IMG/VR virus record: IMGVR_UViG_3300049215_000844
Source of the DNA: an uncultured virus (IMG/VR IMGVR_UViG_3300049215_000844)
Lineage: Duplodnaviria; Heunggongvirae; Uroviricota; Caudoviricetes
DNA: 64,000 nt
Strand: one strand, 5' to 3'
The first letter of the stretch is position 1; each line of letters starts with the position of its first letter. This document shows positions 57,513 through 64,000 of this stretch, in pieces. The translations under genes were made by a program, and so were the position numbers. Under the pieces are notes generated by a model. The model ran no database searches and was not told the DNA's origin. It saw nothing but the letters and a program-made list of their open reading frames with translations.

Positions 57513-58139
57513 ATGTCAAAAGCGACACTTCTGGGGACGACTGCTCTCGCTTTCCTCGGGCTCGGCAAGGCCGACAAGCAGGACGGTGACGGTGGCAAGC
57601 CCGGCCAGACCAACGTCAAGAACAAGGACAAGAAGCCCGGCAAATCGGATGGCGAGGACGAAGGCGAGAACGTCACCGGTGCCGAGGCGGCGCGCGCCGA
57701 TTCCTACGAGGACGGCGACGAGCCCGACGAGGACGACGAGCCCGAGGACGAGGACGACGACGACGACGAAACGGACGAGACGAAGCGCAAGAGCAAGGCG
57801 GCCGCCGCCCGCGCCCGCAACGCGCTGCGCCGTGCCGGCCATCGCCGCGGCGTCAAGGCCGAGCGCGCGCGCCTGGCGGCCGTCATGAACGGCCTCGAGC
57901 CCGGCAAGGTCGAGTTGGCGCTGCACCTGGCGCTCAACACCAACCTTCCGGTCGACCAGATCGCCGCGACCCTCAAGGCCGCGCCGGCCGGCAAGTCCGG
58001 CGGCCTCGCCGCTGCCATGGCGCGTGTCGAGGGCTCGACCAAGCCCGGCTTTGCCGGCGCCGGCGGGAGCAAGGGCCCGACGCTCAGCAGCCTCATGGCG
58101 GCCACGGTCGAGAAGATGGCGGGCAAGAAGAAGGGCTGA
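57513..58139 (+). CDS. Scaffold protein (Nu3-like), encoded as a separate gene
   Basis: Acidic linker, AERAR motif; between protease and decoration protein. Confidence 0.65.
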   Translation: MSKATLLGTTALAFLGLGKADKQDGDGGKPGQTNVKNKDKKPGKSDGEDEGENVTGAEAARADSYEDGDEPDEDDEPEDEDDDDDETDETKRKSKAAAARARNALRRAGHRRGVKAERARLAAVMNGLEPGKVELALHLALNTNLPVDQIAATLKAAPAGKSGGLAAAMARVEGSTKPGFAGAGGSKGPTLSSLMAATVEKMAGKKKG

Positions 58140-58204
58140 CGCTTCGGCCCTTCCTTCGCGGCTTCCCCGCGTAATTCGTTTTCAACCCCTAGTCGGAGAA
58201 TCCG

Positions 58205-58600
58205 ATGACGACCCTCACCGAAAAAAACTACGTTGCCGATCTCGTCAAGCGCGAGCCCGAGCAACTGATCTCGCGCAAGCTCGTGACGTTGGCGGCCGGC
58301 AGCGGCGTTCTGGCACGCGGCACGGTGCTTGGCACCATCACCGCCTCCGGCAAATTCAAGCCCTATGACCCGACGGCGGTTGACGGCAGCCAGCTCACCG
58401 CCGCCGGCGATCTCGCCATCCTGCTCGACGACGCCGTCGACACGACGGCCGACGTTGCCAATGCGCGGGTGATCTGGGCGCTCGGCGTTGTCGACTCTGC
58501 GTTCCTGCAATGGAGCGCGGGCGTCACGACGCAGAACCACAAGAACGCCGCCTACGCGGGCCTGGCGCTCACGCTGTTGTCGGTCCTCACGCCGGCCTAG
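58205..58600 (+). CDS. Head decoration protein D-like
   Basis: GTVLGTITASGKF.PYDP.A.DGSQ..AIL. Confidence 0.85.
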   Translation: MTTLTEKNYVADLVKREPEQLISRKLVTLAAGSGVLARGTVLGTITASGKFKPYDPTAVDGSQLTAAGDLAILLDDAVDTTADVANARVIWALGVVDSAFLQWSAGVTTQNHKNAAYAGLALTLLSVLTPA

Positions 58601-58685
58601 TCGCCGGCCTGGCCGTCGGCATCCACCCCGCCGCGCCGATGCAATGGCGCGGCGTTCTTTTTCCTCTCAAACCCGGAGCCACGCG

Positions 58686-59747
58686 ATGGAATCGGTTCTC
58701 AATGTCTTCAACCAGGACGCCTTCTCGGTCCTGGAGCTCTCGAAAGCAATCGACCTGGTCCCCATCAAGTGGGGCCGCATCGGCGAGCTCGACGTGTTCC
58801 CCGAACAGGGCGTCGAGACGACCGCGGTCATGGTCGAGTATCGCAACAACCAGCTGAACCTGCTGCCGACCAAACCGCGCGGGTCGCCCTCGAGCCTGGG
58901 CGGCGTCGGCCGGCGCTACGTCAAGAGCTTCACCATCCCGCACATCCCGCACGAGGACGTGGTGCGCGGCGACGAGATCCAGAACGTGCGCGCCTTCGGC
59001 CTGCCGGTCCGGATGGAGACGGTGATGAACGTGGTGAACCGCAAGCTGCTCACCATGGCGAACAAGCACGACATCACGCTCGAGCACCTGCGCGCCGGTG
59101 CCCTGCAGGGCATCATCTACGACGCCGACAACGCGACCGTGATCCTGAACCTCTTCACCGAGTTCGGCATCACTGCGCCGCTGGTGAATTTCAATTTCGC
59201 CGGTCCGCCGACGGACCTGCAGATGATCCAGAATTGCAACAAGATCAAGCGCTGGACCCAGGACCATCTGCTCGGCGACACCTTCGACCACGTCCACGCG
59301 CTCTGCTCGCCGTCCTTCTTCGACAACCTGATCGCCAACCCGACGGTGCTCGAGGCCTACAAGCTGTTCACGTCGCTGCAGGCGGTCAATCCGCTGCGCG
59401 ACGACGTGCGCCGCAAGTTCGTCTGGCAGGACATCGTCTGGGAAGAGTATCGCGCCTATGCCGGTTACGAGGCGGCCGACGGCACGGTGACGACCGAGAA
59501 TTTCATCGCCGACGGCGACTGCCGCTTCTTCCCGGTGGGCACGACCTTCTCGTTCGCGACCTACTTCGGGCCGCCGACCTTCCTCGAGGCCGTCAACGTG
59601 CCTGGCATGAAGCGCTATGCCAAGCAGGCGCCTGAGAAGTTCAACCGCTGGATCGACATCTACACCGAGTCGAACCCGTTGCCGATCTGCATGAAGCCGG
59701 CGCTGCTCATCCGCGGCACGGTGGGCACCGGCGCCACCAACATCTGA
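58686..59747 (+). CDS. Major capsid protein E family
   Basis: DAFS..LS.AI, IPH.D, TLEHLRAGALQG, ESNPLPIC. Confidence 0.92.
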   Translation: MESVLNVFNQDAFSVLELSKAIDLVPIKWGRIGELDVFPEQGVETTAVMVEYRNNQLNLLPTKPRGSPSSLGGVGRRYVKSFTIPHIPHEDVVRGDEIQNVRAFGLPVRMETVMNVVNRKLLTMANKHDITLEHLRAGALQGIIYDADNATVILNLFTEFGITAPLVNFNFAGPPTDLQMIQNCNKIKRWTQDHLLGDTFDHVHALCSPSFFDNLIANPTVLEAYKLFTSLQAVNPLRDDVRRKFVWQDIVWEEYRAYAGYEAADGTVTTENFIADGDCRFFPVGTTFSFATYFGPPTFLEAVNVPGMKRYAKQAPEKFNRWIDIYTESNPLPICMKPALLIRGTVGTGATNI

Positions 59748-59873
59748 GCGCTTCTTCGCTCACCTTTCCGGCAGGGGCCCGGCGGCGAACGCCGTTCGGG
59801 TCCCTCCCGATTCCCCATGCGGCGGCGCGCCCGTTGCCGTATCGGCAATCGTTCCACCTTAAGGAGAACCATC

Positions 59874-60056
59874 ATGCTGGTCCGTTTCAATCGCGAGTTC
59901 ACCAAGCGCCTCGACGTCAACAAGGCGAAGACCTGGCCGCAGGGCTGGTCGGGCGAGCTCGACGACAAGATCGCCGCCGAGGCGGTGAAGGCCGGCGTTG
60001 CGATCGACATGACACCGAAGCCCGAACCGAAGGTCGACGCCAAGCCCAAGGAGTAG
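59874..60056 (+). CDS. Small protein in the FI-like slot
   Basis: AAGGAG RBS; follows capsid gene. Confidence 0.55.
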   Translation: MLVRFNREFTKRLDVNKAKTWPQGWSGELDDKIAAEAVKAGVAIDMTPKPEPKVDAKPKE

Positions 60057-60059
60057 CGC

Positions 60060-60434
60060 GTGGCCGACACCACCTGGCGCGACCTGGCCAACCTGGTCGA
60101 CGGCGAGGTCGTGTCGGCCTTCGACGAGACGGGTGTCGAGCTGCAAAAGATGGCGAACGGCGTCGCGCAGGGGGCGCCGATTCCCTTGCCGTGCGAGTTC
60201 GAGCCCGCCTATGTCGACGAGCGCCTGGTGGACGGCCAGGTGGTGAGCACGACCCGGCCGGCGGCCTGGTTGCACAATGACGACCTCGCCAAGGCGGCCA
60301 CGACGGTCGCGGTCAATGATCGGCTGATCCTGACGATCGGCCCGAGCGCCGGAACCTATACCGTCGACTCGCTCGAGCCGAACAACGACCGCACCGGCGT
60401 CATGCTGCGGCTCAAGGTGTCCAAGACGTCGTAA
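60060..60434 (+). CDS. Head-tail joining protein (FII-like)
   Basis: Synteny; beta-rich. Confidence 0.6.
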   Translation: MADTTWRDLANLVDGEVVSAFDETGVELQKMANGVAQGAPIPLPCEFEPAYVDERLVDGQVVSTTRPAAWLHNDDLAKAATTVAVNDRLILTIGPSAGTYTVDSLEPNNDRTGVMLRLKVSKTS

Positions 60435-60455
60435 TCGCCGGACCAGGAGCGACCG

Positions 60456-61058
60456 ATGCCGCCACCGCCGCCCCTCTTTTACGGCGAGACGCTGGCGCAG
60501 GAGGCGATCACGCGAGTCCAGGCCGCGATCGCGGCCGCCCCGGCCGGGAGCGCCTTCGTCGGCCTCTATTTCATGCAGAACCGCTGGCAGGAAGTGCCCG
60601 ACGGCACCCTGAAAGCGCTCTCCATTCACTTCGCCGGCGAGCGCGGCGCCGGCATGAACCGGCACATCCCGCAGTTCGAGCTCACCAGCTCGCTGCACAT
60701 CAACGCCTACGCCGCGGTCGGCCGCGAGGACGGCGTCAATCCCGACGTCCTGTCGTCGCAAATCGCGCGCGCGGTGCTCGAGCTCTTGCTCGAGGACACG
60801 ACCTACCTGCAGCTCTTCGCCTGGGTCGAGGATTACGACTTCGAGAAGGCGGACGCCACGATCGGCAAGGACGCCACGCGCTACGACTCGGTGGTCTTCA
60901 CCATCAAGCTCGAGCTCAAGGGCGGCCAGACGATCTACGCGCCGGCCGTGCCGGCCGCGGCGACGCCGCTGCAGGTCGTCGACACGCAACTGACGCCGAC
61001 CATCGACGGCGAGGCGGCCGATATCATGGTCGAGCAGGAAATCGAGCTGCCGCAATAG
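60456..61058 (+). CDS. Putative tail terminator/completion protein
   Basis: Synteny before the DUF2635-like and sheath genes. Confidence 0.55.
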   Translation: MPPPPPLFYGETLAQEAITRVQAAIAAAPAGSAFVGLYFMQNRWQEVPDGTLKALSIHFAGERGAGMNRHIPQFELTSSLHINAYAAVGREDGVNPDVLSSQIARAVLELLLEDTTYLQLFAWVEDYDFEKADATIGKDATRYDSVVFTIKLELKGGQTIYAPAVPAAATPLQVVDTQLTPTIDGEAADIMVEQEIELPQ

Positions 61059-61068
61059 ACGAGGTCCC

Positions 61069-61302
61069 ATGCTCAAGAAGTATTTCACGCCCGGTACGAC
61101 GACGATCGACGGCAAGGTCGTGCCGCTGAAAATCCCGCACCCGCAAACCCGCAATATCGTGCCGGAAGAGGGCATGTGGGTCGCGGACAATCCGTACTGG
61201 CATCGCCTGGTGGCGAGCGGCGACGGCACCCTGGCCGACACAGCGCCGTCAGGCAGCGATGGCGCGATGGCGCCGGCGCCGGAAGGGCCCACCACCACCT
61301 GA
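61069..61302 (+). CDS. DUF2635 / Mu gp38-like protein
   Basis: P..G..V.DNPYWHRLV..GD. Confidence 0.75.
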   Translation: MLKKYFTPGTTTIDGKVVPLKIPHPQTRNIVPEEGMWVADNPYWHRLVASGDGTLADTAPSGSDGAMAPAPEGPTTT

Positions 61303-61349
61303 CGAGCGTGCCCGGCGCGCGCGGTTCAACCCCTTGAGAGGATTTCGCC

Positions 61350-62867
61350 ATGTTGGACATTCCCTTCAACCAGATCCCGAGCGCGCTGCGTCTGCCGGGG
61401 GCCTTCATCGAAATCGACGCCTCCAGGGCCGGCCGCTCGTTCGACCCGGGGCGGTGCCTCCTGATCGGCCAGGCCTCGGCGATCGCCTTGCCGGCGGTGG
61501 CGAACACGCCGCTGCCGATCGGCTCGAAGAACGACGCCGACGCCGCCTTCGGCGCGGGTTCGATCCTCTCGAACATGGTGGCCGCCTGGCGCGCGGCCGA
61601 CCCGTTCGGCCTCATCAATTGCCTGCCGATCGCCGACGCCGGCGGCGGCGTGGCCGCGACCGGCACCATCACCGTGACCGCCGCGGCGACCGGTCCGGGC
61701 TCCATCCCGATCTATGTCGGCGACACCAAGGTGCTGGTGGCGGTGGCCGGCACCGAGACGATCAACCAGACGGCGACGGCGATCGCGGCGGCGATCAACG
61801 CCAACCCCGACCTGCCGGTGACGGCGGCCGCGGTCAACGCGGTGGTGACGCTCACGGCGCGGAACAAGGGCACGCTGGGCAACGATATCCAGCTCGCGCT
61901 CGCCTATCTCGGCGCGCCGGCAGGCGAGGTCCTGCCGCCGACCTTCGCCGCGGCAATCGTCGCCATGGGCGGCGCCGTCGCCGGCGTCAACGACCCGGAT
62001 ATCACGGCCGCGCTCGCCAACCTGGGCGACACCACCTACGACTACATCGTCATGGCGTTCACCGACGCCACGAACATGACGGCCGCGGCCAACTTCATGA
62101 ACGCCGCGACCGAGGGGCGCTGGGCCTACGACAAGATGCTGTGGGGTCATGTCTTCACCGTCAAGCGCGCGACCTACGCCAACCTGGTGACCTACGGCCT
62201 CGGCCGCAACGATCCGCACATTTCGGTGCTCGGCGTCTACCAGACGCAGACCACGATTTGGAAATGGATCGCCGCCGCAGTCGGCGTCTCGGCCATCGCG
62301 CTGCGCAACGATCCGGCGCGCCCGGTCCAGGGCATCCAGATCCCCGGCGTCATGGCGCCGCCGATCGGCTCGGCGGGCCTGTTCACCAAGACCGAGCGGC
62401 AGGCGCTTCTCTGGTCCGGCATCTCGACCTACACGGTCGACCAGTACGGCAACTGCTACGTCGAGCGCCTGATTTCGACCTACCAGCTCAACCAGAACGA
62501 CATCCCGGACGACGCCTGGCTGTCGGTCGAGAAGAACTTCACGCTGATGGCGGTCAACCGCCGCCTGCGCGCCAACCTGCTGGCCGACTTCCCGCGCTAC
62601 AAGCTGGCGGCTGACGGCACGCGCATCGCGCCCGGCGCGGCCGTCACCACGCCCGGCAAGCTGCGCGGCTGGCTCGTCGCGCAACTGCGCATCATGGAAG
62701 AGCGTGACGGCTGGCTGCAGAACGTCGACGCCTTCAAGGACCAGGTGCTCGTCCAGATCAACGGCAATAACCCGGACCGGGTCGACATGCTGTTCCCTCC
62801 CTCGCTCATCGGCCAGCTCCGCACCTTCGCGGTGCTCAACCAGTTCCATATCTACCCGACACCGTAG
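61350..62867 (+). CDS. Tail sheath protein (Mu gpL type)
   Basis: FNQIPS.LRLPG.FIE.D, FGAGS.L, DPARP.Q, ERLISTYQ, KLA.DG. Confidence 0.93.
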   Translation: MLDIPFNQIPSALRLPGAFIEIDASRAGRSFDPGRCLLIGQASAIALPAVANTPLPIGSKNDADAAFGAGSILSNMVAAWRAADPFGLINCLPIADAGGGVAATGTITVTAAATGPGSIPIYVGDTKVLVAVAGTETINQTATAIAAAINANPDLPVTAAAVNAVVTLTARNKGTLGNDIQLALAYLGAPAGEVLPPTFAAAIVAMGGAVAGVNDPDITAALANLGDTTYDYIVMAFTDATNMTAAANFMNAATEGRWAYDKMLWGHVFTVKRATYANLVTYGLGRNDPHISVLGVYQTQTTIWKWIAAAVGVSAIALRNDPARPVQGIQIPGVMAPPIGSAGLFTKTERQALLWSGISTYTVDQYGNCYVERLISTYQLNQNDIPDDAWLSVEKNFTLMAVNRRLRANLLADFPRYKLAADGTRIAPGAAVTTPGKLRGWLVAQLRIMEERDGWLQNVDAFKDQVLVQINGNNPDRVDMLFPPSLIGQLRTFAVLNQFHIYPTP

Positions 62868-62985
62868 CCGCCGCCGGCGGCGGCCGAGGCGCAATCGGCC
62901 GCCTCCCCCGAACGCCGTTCGCCCGCCCTTACCCCCGGGCGGCGGCGTTCGGGGTTTCCATTCGTCTTTCCCAGGAGAGTGAACG

Positions 62986-63363
62986 ATGTCCACCACCAAG
63001 CCCATCGGCGGCTATGGCGACGTGAGCTACAACGGCAACGTGCTGCCGTTTCTCGGGTCGCTGACCTGGAATTTCCAGCAATTCAAGAGCACGGCCGTGG
63101 CGGGCCGCGACGGCCGCATTCACGGCAGCCGGCTCGAGCCCAGCGTGCCCTATATCGAGGGCGAGTTTTCCTTCGACGGCAGCTACACCACCGCCGCCCT
63201 CGAGGCGATCGCCGACGCCACCATCTCGGTGACGCTCGCCACCAAAATGCAGCTGGTGCTGCGCGGCGCCAAGGTCGCCGGCGAAATCGCCCCCGAGGGC
63301 GACGACGGCAAGGTCAAGCTGCGCTTCGAGGGCACCGGCGGCGACGAGCTCCAGCCCGCTTGA
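62986..63363 (+). CDS. Tail tube protein (Mu gpM type)
   Basis: G.DG..HG..P.VPYIE, LRFEG; follows sheath. Confidence 0.85.
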   Translation: MSTTKPIGGYGDVSYNGNVLPFLGSLTWNFQQFKSTAVAGRDGRIHGSRLEPSVPYIEGEFSFDGSYTTAALEAIADATISVTLATKMQLVLRGAKVAGEIAPEGDDGKVKLRFEGTGGDELQPA

Positions 63364-63392
63364 TCGCCTGAAACCCGCAAGAGAGAAGACGC

Positions 63393-63752
63393 ATGACCGA
63401 CTCGACGTCCGACAGGCCCGACGACCAGCGCGCCGCGGCCTTTGTCATTCCGCCGGAAATCACCGTGCCGCTGAAAGTGACGGTGAAGAAGGCCGGCGCC
63501 AATGGCGAGGAATACAGCGAGCTGCACTTCACGGCGCCGACCATCGGCCAGCTCAAACAGGTCGAGGCGCGCTCCAAGAGCCAGGGCGACGCTGCCGCCA
63601 ACATCCTGCTGTTGTCGCTTTGCAACGCCAGGACCGAGAAGCTCTCGCCCGTCGAGGTCGAGGCGATGAACGCCATCGACTTCCAGATTTGCATCGAGGC
63701 GCTGTCCCCTTTTTTGCTGCTCAAGCGGCGTTCGGCGGAGTCCAACGACTGA
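63393..63752 (+). CDS. Tail assembly chaperone; -1 frameshift extension to 63886
   Basis: Synteny; slippery CCCTTTTTTG at 63707-63716. Confidence 0.8.
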   Translation: MTDSTSDRPDDQRAAAFVIPPEITVPLKVTVKKAGANGEEYSELHFTAPTIGQLKQVEARSKSQGDAAANILLLSLCNARTEKLSPVEVEAMNAIDFQICIEALSPFLLLKRRSAESND

Positions 63753-63890
63753 CCGAGCTCGTCCACGAGCTCGCCTATGTCTGGCGCCAGCCAGTGCAGG
63801 TCGTCTGGGAGTGTCCCGTCGATCAATTCCAGGGCTGGTACGCCGACCTCGATCGCGTGATCGAGAAATACAAGCCCGGGGGCTGAGCCA

Positions 63891-64000
63891 ATGGCCGGTT
63901 ATTCCGTCTTCACCAAGATCGTGGGCGAAGACGGCCTGTCCGAAGTCTTTCGCAAGGTGTCGAACGCGGCGACCACTGCATTCAAGCCGGTGCAGGCCTT
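63891..64000 (+). CDS. Start of tape measure protein (truncated by the window)
   Basis: ATG after the chaperone pair, open to the window end. Confidence 0.65.
   Translation, partial: MAGYSVFTKIVGEDGLSEVFRKVSNAATTAFKPVQA

Larger units (their letters stand above)
31331..62921. repeat. Dispersed palindrome CGAACG(C/G)CGTTCG, nine perfect copies
   Basis: Starts at 31331, 31362, 35574, 38303, 44812, 52349, 54689, 59786, 62909; variants at 32496 and 28306. Confidence 0.9.
28213..64000. mobile_element. Temperate prophage (lambda-like head, Mu-like contractile tail), continues beyond the window
   Basis: att-int-xis-early genes-CI/Cro-replication-cos-terminase-head-tail order. Confidence 0.93.

Noticed and set aside
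31331..62921. GAAC..GTTC palindrome as an SOS/LexA box or CI operator
   Set aside because: The spacer is 3 nt (Gram-positive box is GAAC-N4-GTTC; the alphaproteobacterial box is a direct repeat), most copies are intragenic, and separate TTTGCA-N5-TGCAAA operators flank cI.
937..64000. Treating both phage regions as one element
   Set aside because: They have incompatible virion types (podoviral versus contractile), two portals and two capsids, and are separated by host genes and an att site. The palindrome is confined to the right element and the promoter motif to the left.

Overview
GC-rich, probably alphaproteobacterial chromosome segment with four parts. (1) 937-18207: a compact, host-like-GC short-tailed phage virion and lysis operon of BPP-1/epsilon15/T7 type (portal, scaffold, frameshifted capsid, cement, adaptor, nozzle, internal proteins, tailspike, holin-endolysin-spanins). 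It has no terminase, integrase, repressor or replication gene in the window. Its two parts are preceded by the same 27-bp motif at identical spacing from an ATG, so it is a candidate domesticated or GTA-like element. (2) 18260-22518: ordinary host genes (secreted protein, DUF2254, beta-carbonic anhydrase). (3) about 22560-28200: a lower-GC restriction-modification-like island (AspBHI-like fragment, Vsr, C5 methyltransferase, MORC-type ATPase/histidine-kinase fusion, receiver-domain protein) ending at a 3' half of tRNA-Arg(CCG). (4) 28213 to the window end: a temperate prophage with a SMODS/CD-NTase plus SLATT pair, tyrosine integrase, its own beta clamp and ParB, a CI/Cro switch, primase/helicase, a lambda-like cos/terminase/head and a Mu-like contractile tail. 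Nine perfect copies of the palindrome CGAACG(C/G)CGTTCG are scattered through this prophage, and I found none in the rest of the window. All product calls come from motif recognition and synteny by eye; no database searches were run.
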